A stretch of DNA of 64,000 nt from the human T2T-CHM13v2.0 reference genome, Homo sapiens. Each line of letters opens with the position of its first letter. Position 1 is the first letter of the stretch. Under the pieces are notes generated by a model. That model was not told the origin of the DNA, ran no database searches, and saw only the letters and a program-made list of their open reading frames with translations. Positions 22,360-43,089 of this stretch are shown piece by piece. The stretch lies in the NCBI RefSeq assembly GCF_009914755.1, contig NC_060930.1, one strand, 5' to 3'. Both the position numbers and the translations under genes were made by a program.

Positions 22360-22695
22360 CATGTTTCTCAGGGCAAGCCAAATACATCCCATCAAAGGGC
22401 AATTTTGTAAAGGCAACCTTCAAGAGAATGACACAGTGCTTTCTGACTACTCAGCTCCAAAGTGGCCTGATTTCCCTTCAGAGTAAAATCTCCAGTGTCT
22501 GGAGGCACAGAGAGATGGAGCCTTTGTTCTTCTGGCGGGGATTTATGATTATGCTTTCTCCCGTTGCGTTATTGACGAGGATGGGATTCCAGAGAGTGCA
22601 AGGTAGTATTCACAGTTGGGAGTTTGGAGGGGACATACTCTGTAGCTGTGAAGACATCCTCTTCACTCTGTCAGCCGGGCAAAAGGCAGGTTAAA
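22360..22695 (-). pseudogene. Nearly complete CUB exon remnant
   Basis: TCLLPG*QSEEDVFTATEYVPSKLPTVNTT / CTLWNPILVNNATGESIII...LCLQTLEILL*...HCVILLKVAF...DGMYLA, ending CAT G|gtaaga (phase 1, as usual for CUB exons). Confidence 0.65.
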
Positions 22696-23161
22696 GTTCT
22701 CTTCTCAACACAGAAGAACCAGCCCAAGTAGCTGTTTATTCTCCTATCAGCAGTTTTTGTCAATGCCCTTCTCGCCACCCTCTGGCTGGCTATAAAATCA
22801 CAATTTTGTTTATTTTAGGCTTTGCTGTTTGTATAGGTTAAAATTGTGTTCTGTTACTCTAATTTTACATTTTTGATTACTAGTGAGTTACAACTATTTT
22901 TATGTTTGCAGGCCATTTGTTTTGCTTGTGTGTTTGTGTGGTACGTTTGGGTTATAAATTACCTACCATGTCCTTTACCTATTTAATCTGTTGGTGTCCT
23001 AATGTTTTTCTTCTTAATTTAATTGGGCATTCTATATTTTAAGGGATATTCACCCATTGTCATATTTTCTAATTTACGTCTTACAATGCACATTCTCACC
23101 TTGTGTTAGAACTGTCCAAACACCACCAAATCATAGAACATTCAGTAAAATTTCTGGTTGA

Positions 23162-25025
<1,864 letters not shown>

Positions 25026-25054
25026 GATTTTTAATTAGGTTCATTTTTCTTCAT

Positions 25055-28260
<3,206 letters not shown>

Positions 28261-28699
28261 GTTTTCATTTTTATGATAACAATGTAAACATTTTCATCTA
28301 AGGGTCAAGTGGTTTATTGTCATTATTTTATTTTTTCTTGGACAAATTCTTGTTTTCCCTAGTTACATATTGCCTTGTATTTTTCACTTTCACAGTTTCC
28401 TATGTATTTATTCTTATTTTTGCTTATACTATGCTCATTTTTTCCATTTAGTATGTCATGTGCCTAGCAATACATTATTTTTTTTTAAATACTCAAACAT
28501 ATTGAGTAATCTGTTCTGACTTTTCCTGGGAACGCTTCCCCATGGAGCACCTTGTCAGACTTCCTCCCTCTCAGCTAGCCCTCTGTGGGCCCACGTCCCT
28601 TCCATTACCTGGGCTTTTCTTGACTGCTTTTTGTGTTGAGGATTCCATGGGTTCTTTCCTGTAGCCAGTCTATGAAGGAATTTAAAGGAAAGGGTATGA

Positions 28700-31800
<3,101 letters not shown>

Positions 31801-32247
31801 TGTTCAGTATCGTTATTGGAAAGTCAATGCCATGATGAGTCCTTTTCTCTTTTTAATGTAACCTAATTTTTCTCTGCGGAAGCCTCCAGCATCTTCTTCT
31901 TAGCCCTGATGTTCTGAAATTTATTGACGGCATGCCTTGATGTGGTCTTTTTTCATTCATTGCTCTGAACATTCTGAGTCTAGAGGCTTGTGGCTTTGGG
32001 GTCCTGGAAAATTTATGGTATTATGTATTTGACAATTTCCTGTCCTCTGTCTTTATTTCTTCTTTGAACCGTGTTTTGGTGCTGAGCTCCCTGGATTGCT
32101 CTCTGATGACTTTATCTTTTGTTTTCTATTTCCCGTCTTTGCCACTTTGTTCTTTTCTGTGTCTGACATCGCCTCCACCTCTGTTCTGTCCCTCCTGGTC
32201 CTGGTTCCTTGTTTTCTTCTCAGAGGGGTCTCAGGATGAATTGGCCC

Positions 32248-32746
32248 ATGTATGAGTTTTCTGTTGTTGGCCTAATAAATCCCCCTAAAGTCAGCAGTTG
32301 AAAACAGCACACATTTATTATCTCAGTTTCCACCAGTTGGAGTCCAGTTATGGGGCCGCTGGACTGTCTGTTGAGGTCTCCCCAGGCTGACATCAAGACA
32401 TTAGCTGAGGCTGGGGTCTCCTCTGAGGCCCAGGACCCATTCAGGTTGTTGGCAGAACCTGGGTTGTTGTAGTTGTAGGGCTGAGGTTCCCACCTCCTAG
32501 GGGTGCCCCCCATTTCCTGGCAGGTGGTCCTCTCCACCTGGGTAGTTTGTTTCTTCAAGGCCAGAAGGAGAAGGAGAGTATCTGCTGTGCTTCCTGTGTC
32601 TTACCTCTAGACACACCAGGACAACATCCCTTTTTATCAACTCAAAGTTAACTGATGAGGGGCCACACTCCAGGGGAGGGAATGCTATAAGGTGTGTACA
32701 CCAGGGGGTGGGAATTGGAGGCTACCTTAGGATCCTTCAGCCCACA
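32248..32746 (-). mobile_element. MLT1 LTR
   Basis: tgtatgagttttctgttg...aaaacagcacacatttattatctcagtt. Confidence 0.75.
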
Positions 32747-33079
32747 GTACCCTCATGTGCTCTTCTCATGCATCTCTGATTATAGCCTCTTGTTCTCACT
32801 CCCCAAATTTTGTTCCTAGTTCTTGCCTGGCAACATTACCTCGCCTATCCTTTCTGTCTTTTCACTTCATCTTAGTGGTTCTTTTTTTTTTTTTTTGCAG
32901 GTTGGGGGGCATGAATGTTTGTGGTTCGTTTACGATGTTTAACTCAAAGTCCTTGAGCAGTTAAATTTTTGAAGGTGTGAGTTTTTTCTTAATGAGTAAT
33001 GCAGAGTGTTTCAATGCAACACACTCTTGTCTGATAATTTATCGCTGAACAGCCTACTGAACAACTTTTAGATAAAACC

Positions 33080-33190
33080 TACCTGAGGGAAAAAAATCCA
33101 AGTCACCACTGGATGGCACCAAAAAACAAGGAATTTAAAGGGGCTTCTCTGCCTGCTGACGTGTCACATAGAGCTTCATTTTCCCAAATG
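33080..33190 (-). pseudogene. Possible N-terminus of trypsin domain 2
   Basis: LCDTSAGREAPLNSLFF resembles ..IVGG.EA..NSWPW; followed by cag|gtaggt. Confidence 0.35.
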
Positions 33191-33204
33191 TGAGGGAGAA
33201 ATGC

Positions 33205-33501
33205 TATTTATTTATTTATTTAGAGACGGGGTCTGGCTCTGTTGCCCTGGCTGGAGTGCAGTGGTGCGATCACAGCTCACTGCAGCCTCGACTTCCTGGG
33301 CTCAAGCAATCCTCCCACCTCAGCCTCCTGAGTAGCTGGGACTACAGGCACACACAACCATGTCTGCCTAATTTTTTTCTATTTTTTTGTAGAGACACAG
33401 TCCCACTATAATGCTGGTCTCTAACTCTTGGGCTCAAGTGAACCTCCCATTTTAGCCTCCCAAAGTGCTGGGATTACAGGCCTGAGCCACCGTGCCTGGC
33501 T
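33205..33501 (-). mobile_element. AluJ
   Basis: Antisense Alu. Confidence 0.9.
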
Positions 33502-33655
33502 GGGGATGCTATTCTTTGAGATACGTGTTGATGAGCTTTTGTTAGAAGAGCTTGTTACCGTGCTCTTTACCCTGAGGCTGAGGCTCCCTCCCCTGAGAAG
33601 CTGCACCACCTGGGACAGACATAATTGCCTGGCTGGAGTCTCACACAGGGTTTTA

Positions 33656-34140
33656 TTTTTTATTTTTTATTTTTTTAAAATTTATTATTATTATACTTTA
33701 AGTTTTAGGGTACACGTGCACAACGTGCAGGTTTGTTACATATGTATACATGTGCCATGTTGGTGTGCTGCACCCATTAACTTGTCATTTAGCATTAGGT
33801 ATATCTCCTAATGCTATCCCTCCCCCCGACCCCCACCCCACAACAGTCCCTGGTGTGTGATGTTCCCTTTCCTGTGTCCATGTGTTCTCATTGTTCAATT
33901 CCCACCTATGAGTGAGAACATGTGGTGTTTGGTTTTTTGTCCTTGCGATAGTTTGCTGAGAATGATGGTTTCCAGTTTCATCCATGTCCCTACAAAGGAC
34001 ATGAACTCATCATTTTTTATGGCTGCATAGTATTCCATGGTGTATATGTGCCACATTTTCTTAATCCAGTCTATCATTGTTGGACATTTAGGTTGGTTCC
34101 AAGTCTTTGCTATTGTGAATAGTGCCACTATAAACATACG
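33656..34140 (-). mobile_element. Young L1PA 3' fragment
   Basis: Near-consensus L1PA 3'UTR and ORF2 end; TSD tcacacagggtttta at 33641-33655 and 34141-34155. Confidence 0.95.
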
Positions 34141-34169
34141 TCACACAGGGTTTTAAAAAAGTTCATTGC

Positions 34170-34737
34170 AGCTGGGCGCGGTGGCTCACACCTGTAATTC
34201 CAGCACTTTGGGAGGCCAAGGCGGGCCGATCATGAGGTCAAGAGATCAAGACCAGGACATGGATGAAGCTGGAAACCATCATTCTCAGCAAACTATCGCA
34301 AGGACAGAAAACCAAACACCACATGTTCTCACTCATAAGTGGGAGCTGAGTAATGAGAACACATGGACACAGGGAGGGGAACATCACACATCGGGGCCTG
34401 TTGGGGAATGGGGGGGCTAGGGGAGGGATGGCATTAGGAGAAATACCTAATGTAGGTGACAGGTTGATGGGTGCAGAAAACCACCATGGCACATGTATAC
34501 CTATGTAACATAACTGCACGTTCTGCACATGTAACCCAGAAATTAAAGTATTATAATAATAATAATAAAAGAGATCGAGACCATCCTGGCCAACATGGTG
34601 AAACCCCGTTCTACTAAAAATACAAAAATTAGCAGGAGACTTGCTTGAACCCGGGAGGCAGAGGTTGCAGTGAGCCGAGATCATGCCACTGCACTCCAGC
34701 CTGGCAACAGAGTGAGACTCCGTCTCAAAAAAAAAAA
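34170..34737 (+). mobile_element. Alu with a nested L1PA 3' fragment (34255-34568)
   Basis: Inner TSD aagagatc(a/g)agacca; outer TSD aaaaaag(t/c)tcattgcag. Confidence 0.92.
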
Positions 34738-34889
34738 GCTCATTGCAGATACCATTGAAGGACAGGAGTTCTGGGAACTTCTGAGGCCGAGCTGTAAATA
34801 TCAGAATGTCTGGCCTGAAGGACTAAAGCACGGAGTGTTAATTTTCAGACAGACTGTGGGGATGTGGGGTGAAGAGGGGACGAGGTCCT

Positions 34890-35990
34890 AGAAAGGGAAA
34901 ACCAACTGTGCTTCCTTCTACTGTCACACACTTCACATCAGACACCAAACAGGCAGGGTTTTCTGACACCAACCAATTCTCCATTTTTCTGTGGATGCCA
35001 GCTGGATGTCCTATGATTTAATCCAGTTCTGACACCATCTGCCTAGAGTTAGCATCAGATCTCACAGGTGGAGGGCTCAGCCCCACAAGGCTGCCCTGCT
35101 TCAGATGCCAATCGCAGGTCTGGACCTCCCTTCTGACTCCTGACTGGCCGGCTATGAACTGTGGATTCCCACAGCCCCCTCCTTGAATTCGATCGTTTGC
35201 TAGAATGGCTCACGGAACTCAGGGAAACACTTTACTTTTGTTTACCCGTTTATTATGGAGAATACAACTTAGGAACAGCCAAATCGCACTGGGCAAGGAG
35301 GGGAAAGGGTCACGAAGGCCCAGCACTTCCGTGTGTTCATCAACCCAGAAGCTCTGAGAACTACGTCCTTTTGGGTTTTTACAGAGGCCTCATTACGTAG
35401 ACACGATTGATTCCAACATTGCCCCCTCAGAGGCTGGGGAGTGGGGCTGAAAGTTCCAGTCTCCTCATGATCTGGTTGGTTTCTCTGGTAATCAACCCCA
35501 ACCTTAGGCCTTTCCAAAAGTCACTTCACTCACACAAACTCATGAAGCAAGAATAGCCTCCCTACAAGCAACAAGAGATGCTCCTTTTTCACCTTTGTAG
35601 CTCCAGAGCTGTTCGGGAACTGGAGACAAAATATAAATATTGTAACAAAAGCTGCTCCTGTCATTCTTATCACTTAGAAAAGTACAAGAGTTTTAGGAGC
35701 TGTGGCTGGGAGCCAGGGACAACACCACAATGCGTGTTTTTTTTTTTTTTTCCGAGACGGAGTTTCGCTCTGTCGCCCAGACTGGAGTGCACTGGTACCA
35801 TCTCGGCTCACCTCAACCTCTGCCTCCTGGGTTCAAGCGATTCTCCTGCCTCAGCCTCCTGAATAGCTGGGATTACAGGTACCCGACACCACGCCCGGCT
35901 AATTTTTGTATTTTTAGTAGAGACGGGGTTTCACCATGTTGGCCAGCCTGATCTTGAACTCCTGATCTCGTATTTCTTATGATCCCACAG
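34890..35990. mobile_element. MER21-type LTR with an Alu (~35735-35969)
   Basis: acaccaaccaattctcca...gctagaatggctcacggaactcagggaaacactttac. Confidence 0.75.
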
Positions 35991-35994
35991 TATC

Positions 35995-37225
35995 ACCAGA
36001 GCCTGCTAGTGCTGCCAGTAGGCCCTGGAGAAAGGAGGCCGAGGTGGACTGGGTGCAGACCCTCCCCATGCTCAGACTCCAGGGTGGTCGGCCCAGAAGC
36101 TTCCAGAGCCTGGAGGTGAGGCAGCAGTGTTCTGCTTCCTGCCTGGAAGGCCAGTGGGGGGGCTGAGGAGCCTTGAGTCCCTGGGTGGCCGCAGGCTGGT
36201 GGAGTGTGTGTTGGCAGGAGCCTGCAACAGCGTCCTGGGAGGCTGCATCTGCCACAATTCACAGAGAAGATGCACACAAGCTCCCCTGTATCACTGTGCG
36301 GGGGCTCGGGAGGTGGCCGGGAACGAAGTGCTCGTGTGACTGTCTTGGAGAGATGTCGGGTGGGGCAGGGGTTGTCTCAAAGCCAGGAGAGACAGCTGAG
36401 GGAGAGCAAGGCCTGGAAACAGGGGCGCCTTAGGCCTGCCTGTCACCTCAACTGCAGGGGCCACGCTGCCCGGGGCCTGGCTGTGCCTGGGGTCCACCTC
36501 TGCCCAGCTTCCTGGGGGCTCCCTCCAGGGTGCTGCAGAGGTGTGGGGCTGGCCCGGTTCCTGGGACACCGCTGACAGCCAGCCCGGGCTCAGGGATGCC
36601 TTGTGGCCTCTTGGAGCCTTCCCTGGGCCACAGGCAGGCCAGTCCCCCTCACCAGCCCTAACGCTTCCTGCCCCTGCCCCTGGCAGGCTTCTCCGGCTCT
36701 CTGGGTCCTGCGCGTTCAGCCGCCTCTGTGTAAGCGCCCTGAGGACCAGGTCCCCACTGCCCCTGATGCCGCAGGCCCCCCCGCAATGCATGCAGGCCCG
36801 GCATGCAGGCCTCTGATCTGCAAAGGGGAAAGGAGAGGAAAGATTTCAGAGAGAACAGCCCTGCATGGAGTTGGAACCTTGAAATGACTGAATTTAGAAC
36901 CAGAGTTGCCTGCTTACGGGAAAGGAGCTACTCAAACAGAAGAGACAGAGTGACATTGAGGTGCCAAGATGAAGTATGTTTCCTGAACAAAGTGGGTATA
37001 GGAATTTGAGAGCCAATAGCTCCACTCTAGAAAATTAAAGACGGGCGTATTTCTGCATATCGGGGCCAGAGTGAAGGAACCTCCGCCGGCTTCACTGCAC
37101 ATTAAAGACCCCCCTGGGCTGCTCTTGCCTCATGAATCTGATGCCCCCTGAGCAACCTCTCACCCTTCAGCACTGCTCAGGTGGGCTCTGTGCTGCTGTG
37201 CAGTGGAGCAGGTGGGAAAGGAATC
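35995..37225 (-). pseudogene. Three to four contiguous CUB-like remnants
   Basis: SGAIGS..SWHLNVT (37030-36950); ACGPGKAPRGHKASLSPGW...PW..PPG; PPPEPPHSDTGELVCIFS; SCQHTL...PPHWPSRQEAEHC. Confidence 0.55.
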
Positions 37226-37227
37226 CG

Positions 37228-37642
37228 CTGTTCCTCCAAAATTCACGTTTACCCAGAACCTCAGAATGTGAGTTTGTTTGGAAATAAGCTCCTTGCAGAT
37301 GTGATTAAGGCTCCAGCTGAGGTTATACTGGATTAGGGCAGGCCCTAAATCCAAGGAGAGAGCCTTGTAAGAGACAGAAAAAGACATACAGAGACAAGAG
37401 GAAAGAGGCCAGGGAGATGGGGCAGAGACTGGAGTGATGCTGCCACGAGCCAAGGAATGCTGGAAGCCACCAGAAGTGGGAGGGGGTGAGGAAGACCCTT
37501 CCCTAGAGACTTCAGCGGGACCATGGCACTGCTGATAGCTTAGTGTTGGGCTGCTGGCCTCCAGAACTATGAAAGTAAATTTATGTTATTTTAAGCCACC
37601 CAGCTTGAGGTAATTCTTATGGCAGCCCTACAGAGCAAATAC
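37228..37642 (+). mobile_element. MLT1C-like LTR
   Basis: cagaacctcagaatgtga...ctggcctccagaactatga...ggcagccctacagagcaaataca. Confidence 0.8.
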
Positions 37643-37739
37643 ACTTCTCTGACACAATTATGGTGATAAGAATTGGCCCAACCCTAACAATGTGGGGTCT
37701 GGCATAAGAGTACACATCCCCCATGTCTAAATATTTAAA

Positions 37740-38550
37740 ACCACACACTGCTCTTCATATCCGTTAGGATGGCTATTATTTAAAAGAACCCCCACAAACA
37801 CAAAATAACAGGTGTTGGTGAGAATGTGGAGAAATTGGAAATCTCCTGAATTGCTGGTGGGATTGTAAAATGGTGCAGCCACTGTAGAAAACAGTTCTCC
37901 AAATAGTTAAACATAGATTCCCATTTGATTGCCTAGTTACACTTTGGGTATGTACCCAAAAGAATTGAAGGCAGGAACTTGAACAGATACTTGTACACCA
38001 GGGATCATAGCAGCCCTGATTCACACTAGCTGAAAGGTGGAAACGACCCAATTGCCCATGATGGAGGAATGGATACACAAAACGTGGTATGTAGCTACAA
38101 TGGGACATTATTCAGCCATAGAAAGGAAGGAAATTCTGACACATTGATACATGTGATCTGACACATTGACACACGTTGATACACCTCCTTGGTTAAATTT
38201 ATTCCTATAATATGGATGAACCGTGAAACCGTTATGCTGAGTGAAATAAGCCAGATAGAAAAGGAAAAATAAATATGATTCCACTTGCATGAGGAACCTA
38301 GAATAGGCAAATACATAGAGAGAGAAAATACAATGGTGGTTACCAGGGGCCGGGGAGAGAAGAATGGGGAGTTAGTGTTTAATGGGCACTAAGTTTCTGT
38401 TAGGAATGATGAAAAGTTCTGGAAATGGATAGTGGTGTTGGTTGTACAACATTGTCATTATACTTAATGCCCCTGAATTGTACTCTTAAAAATGGTTAAA
38501 ATGGTAAATTGCATTTTATGTATATTTTACCACAATAAAAAAATTTAAAA
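37740..38550 (+). mobile_element. L1MB 3' region
   Basis: L1MB ORF2 end and 3'UTR motifs. Confidence 0.85.
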
Positions 38551-38609
38551 CAAGCTACTAAACTGTTAAATAAAATGTTCTATTCTTTACCTTGACCAAT
38601 ATACATTTT

Positions 38610-40885
38610 TCATTTATAATTATTTTTATTTATTTATTTACTGATTTTGAGATAGAGCCTTGCTCTGTTGCCCAGGCTGGAGGGCACAATCTCTGCTCAC
38701 TGCGACCTCTGATTCCCAGGTTCAAGCAATTCTCATGCCTCAGCCACCCGAGTAGCTGGGATTACAGGCATGTGCCACCACAACCGACTAATTTTTTGTA
38801 TTTTCAATAGAGACGGGGTTTCGTCATGTTGCCCTGGCTGGTCTCAAACTCCTGGCCTCAAGTGATCCACAGCCTCGGCCTCGGCCTCCCATAGTGATGG
38901 GATTATAGGTGTGAGCCACTGCAACTGGCCCTGTTTATTATTATTTTTAATTGACACATAATAATTGTAGATATTTATGGGGTACATTGTGATATTTCCG
39001 TACACATATACAATATGTAATAAGCAAATCAGGGTAGTTAGCATATCTATTACCCCAAACATATTTTGTTTCTTTGTGTTGGGAATATTCAAAATTTCCT
39101 CTTCTAGCTATTTGAAAATATACAATAAATTATTAATTATAGTTACCCCATAGTCCCATAGAACACTAGCACTTATTCCTCCTGTCTAGCTGTGCAGTTG
39201 TATCCCTTCATTAACCTCTGGCTTTGCCTCCCCACCCTTCCCAGTGTCTAGTAACCACTCTTCTATGCTCTACTTCTGTGAGATCAACTTTTTTAGCTTT
39301 CACAGATGAGAACATGTTTTATCTTTCTGTGCCTGGCTTATTTCACTTAACATAATGTCCTCCAAACTCATTCATGTTGTTGCAAATGACACAGATTTTT
39401 GTTCTTTTTTATGGCCAAATAGTATTCCATTGTGTATATATGTACCACATTTTCTTTTTTTAAAATTTTCTTGGATGCGTAATATATGTACATAGTATAT
39501 CACATTAAAAAATCTATTCATCCATTGATGGACACTTAGATTGATTCCATATCTTCACTAGTATGAATAGTGCTACAATAAACATGGGAATGAAGCTATC
39601 TCTTCAACGTACTTATTTCCTTTCTTTCGGATATATACCCAGTAGTGGGATTGCTGGGTCATATGGTGGTTCTAGTTTTAGTTTTTTGAGAAACCTCAAT
39701 ACTGTTTTCCATAATGGCTGTACTAATTTACATTCCTGCCAACAATGTATAAAAGGTCCTTTTTCTCTTCATCTTCACTGGTATTTGTTATTTTGAAAAT
39801 CTTTTCATGACAGCCATTGTAACTGGAGTAAGATGAATAGCTCATTGTGGTTTTGCTTTGGATTTCCCTGATGATCAGTGATGTTGAGAAATTTTTCATA
39901 TACTTTTTGATCATTTGTATGTCTTTTAAAAGATGTCTATTCAGCTCATTTGCTCATTTTTAATGTTTTAATTTGTTTTAATGAGCCAAACAAATACATT
40001 CTATTTGTCTTGCTTTGCTGTTGAGTTGTTTTTGAGTTCCTTGTATATTCTGGATATTAATCCCTTATCAGTTGAATAGTTTGCAAATGTTTTCTCCCAT
40101 TCTGCAGGTTGTCTCTTCACTATGTTGACTGTTTTCTTTGCTATGCAGAAGATTTTTGGTTTGATATAATCCCATTTGTCTATTTTGCTTTTGTTGCCTA
40201 TGCTTCTGAGGTCTTCTCCATAAAGTCCTTTTCCAGACCAATGTTCTGAAGTGTTTTCCATATATTTTCTTCTAGTAGTTTCATAGTTTTGGGTCTTACA
40301 TTTAAGTGTTTAATCCACTTTGAGTTGGTTTTTGGATATGGTGAGAGATAAGGAGTCTAGTTTTATTTTTCTGCACTTACTTATTGAAGCAACTGTTGAA
40401 GAGACTCTTCTTTCTCCAATGAATATTTTTGATATTCTTCTTGAATATTGGTTGGCTGTAAACACGTGGATATATTTCTGATTTCTCTATTCTGTTCTAT
40501 TGGTTCATGTGTCTGTTTTTATGCCAATACCAGGCTGTTTTGGTTACTGTAGTATATTTTGAAGTCCAGTAGTGTGATACCTCCAGCTTTGTTATTTTTG
40601 CTCAAGAGTGCTTTGGCTATTCAAAGTTTTTTGGGATAGCATACAAATTTTAGGATTGCTTTTTCTGCTTCTGTGAAGAATGTCATTGGTATTTTGATAG
40701 GAGTTGTATTAAATCTGTGATCAGTTGTGGCAGTGTGTTCATTTTTACAATATTAAATCCAATCCATGAAAATGATCTGTTTTTTGTGTCCTCTTCAATT
40801 TTATTTTTTTTAGCAGTGTTTCATAATTTTCCTTTTAGAGATCTTTCACCTCCTTGGTTAAATTTATTCCTAGGTATTTCATTTT
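38610..40885 (-). mobile_element. Alu (~38610-38930) and antisense L1MA (~38935-40885)
   Basis: L1 ORF2 peptides, e.g. KYLGINLTKEVKDL and IDKWDYIK..VKRQPAEWEK. Confidence 0.88.
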
Positions 40886-40896
40886 TTGAAAAATAG

Positions 40897-41521
40897 ACTT
40901 TTGAAACAATTGGAAGGCCAGGTTCAAGTTTAGAATTCTTGGACTCCTTGGAGTTCCTTGACAGAACATAGCCACAGAGTATGCCCATGGCCTATAGCCC
41001 AACCCTCTTCTCTTACTGAGCTTGGCCCTGTTCCTCTCTGTGAGGAGCTTTACTTGCAAATGTGTGGCTACCCCTGGGAACATATCCAAGTTCCATGCAC
41101 ACCCTTTGAAAACAGCCCTGACTTGGCCACCCCTTGGCCCAGGAGTATAGCCACTGGCAGCATGCATTACCTTCAGTGGGACAGACCCAGCGACAAGGCC
41201 TGTGCAGGCCCTGGAAGCAGGCTCAGAGCTGTTTGGCCCAAAATACCAGGGTCTTTGATATCTAGAGTGCAACAAAAAGGGGAGGGCCATAGGCTGCAGG
41301 CAGGCACATGGCCTGGGTCCCACAGACTTTGACCCTATGGTGGAACGTGATTGAGGAGGCCACTGTAGGCCTGTAAAGTGTGGGCTCAGGTAGCAGCCCC
41401 ACATCATCAGGCCTAAGGCAGGATTAAATAGTTTGGGATGCTTACTACCTGGGATGGACTGAAATGGGGCTGCAGAGGTCATTAATACCTGAAGCGAATC
41501 TTTGTCTCTCCTTTTGGCCAC
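40897..41521 (-). pseudogene. Two tandem CUB-like modules in one open frame
   Basis: ORF 40835..41521: QSIPGSKHPKLF..GCY..PPQSRSTIG..LPFLLHS; then ACTG..SGYTP..GCAWNLDMFPGVATHLQV..AMFCQGTP..NLAFQLF. Confidence 0.65.
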
Positions 41522-41559
41522 CCAGAGTCTAACGCCCTTTCCATGTTGGGGGAATTCTC

Positions 41560-42020
41560 CACCTCTATAATCTCACTTTCCCAGCTTCCCTTCCTGTGGG
41601 CCATGGGCTTTGATCTTGGCACAGCCAATTAGATGTTTCTGGTCCCGACTTTGCCTTATCTGCTGCTGCCAAGAAGGGGCAGGCCACACAGAATGGTCTC
41701 CCTGGTGGGGGTGGTGATGGCAGGAAGATGGGTAGCAGGAGCAGTGCTAACAGCGCGTCGGTGCAGGGTATCAGTGGTAATAGGCGGTGCATCTGAGTCA
41801 TCGTGGCTTGGGGGAGGTAGCAGCAGTGTCTTGATGCAGCTAATGATGCTGCATGATTTTAGCTCATGCAGTTGTTTTTGGAATTCTAACTTAGCCTGGA
41901 TTTTTTTGTCTTCCTGGAGATTCTGTGAGCTAGATAATATCCTTTTAATAAATCCTCTTTCTACTCAGCTTAGTTGGTGTCTGTTTCTGTTGCTTGCACT
42001 TAAGAGCCCTGACTGACACA
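41560..42020 (+). mobile_element. Old ERVL LTR (LTR16/LTR33-like)
   Basis: aataaatcctc...gtttctgttgcttgcacttaagagccctgactgacaca terminus. Confidence 0.6.
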
Positions 42021-42209
42021 GGTTGCTTGTCACATGTGTAGTTTGGGGTCAGAAGTACCTGCAAAGTACCTTCCATTTAGCTTTAGATGAAGCATACCAG
42101 CCTATTGATTGCAAGAGGGCTCCTGAGAGCTAGATAGAACAAAGGATATTTGGGAAGTGATCTAGAAGCATGTCCTCCAATGCAGCGCTCTTTAAAAAGT
42201 TGCCCTCCA

Positions 42210-42955
42210 GCAACCCAAGTGCCCATCTACACATGAACAGATAAACAAAGTGTGGTTTACGCATACAGCAAAATGTCATTCAACTTTCAAAAGGAGGGAA
42301 ATTCTGACACATGCTATAACATGGATAAACATCGATATCATGGATAAACCATGATAAATCATGCTAAGTAAAATAAGCCAGACCCAAAAGGACAAATACT
42401 GTGTGATTCCACTTACATGAGGTCCCTAGAGTGCTCAGATTCTTCAAGAGAATATAGAATGGGGGTTGCCAGGGGCTGGGTGGAGGGGAAATGGGGAGGT
42501 ATTGTTTAATGGGTCTGGAGTTTCAGTATGGGAGGATGAAACAGTTGTGGAGATTGATGGTGGTAATAGCTGCACAACATACTTAATGCCACTGAACTGT
42601 ACATTTAAATGTGCTTAAACTGGTAAATTTTATGTTATATATATTTTACCACAGTAAAATCAATTACAGGTTGGGCATGGTGGCTCATACCTGTAGTCCT
42701 AGCACTTTGGGAGACCGAGGTGGGTGGATTGCTTGAGCCTAGGAGTTCAAGACCAGCCTGGGCAACATGGTGAAACTCTGTCTCTATAAAAAATACAAAA
42801 ATCAGCCGGGCATGGTGTTGTGCACCTGTAGTCCTAGCTACTTGGAAGGCTGAGGTGGGAGGTCACTCGAGCCTGGGAGGTCAAGCCTGCAGTGAGTGGA
42901 GGTGGTGCCACTGTACTCCAGCCTGGGCAACAGAATGAGACTCTGTCTCAAAAAA
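42210..42955 (+). mobile_element. L1MB 3' end followed by AluJ (~42668-42955)
   Basis: Consensus motifs. Confidence 0.85.
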
Positions 42956-43089
42956 TTAAATCAATTATGGGGGTGGGGGGGAGAGAGAGAGAGATACTCC
43001 ACAGAGAAAGTTTTGTGTGTCAGAGTCTGAAAGTGAGACTTGAGCCCCACGTCAAATTAAATTTCCTAGTCCTCAGATTGGCCCTTATA

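Larger units (their letters stand above)
33505..34890 (-). pseudogene. CUB-like remnant split by L1PA and an Alu/L1 nest
   Basis: INTPC...YLQLGL ... GGSLSLRVKST/GNKLF. Confidence 0.4.
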
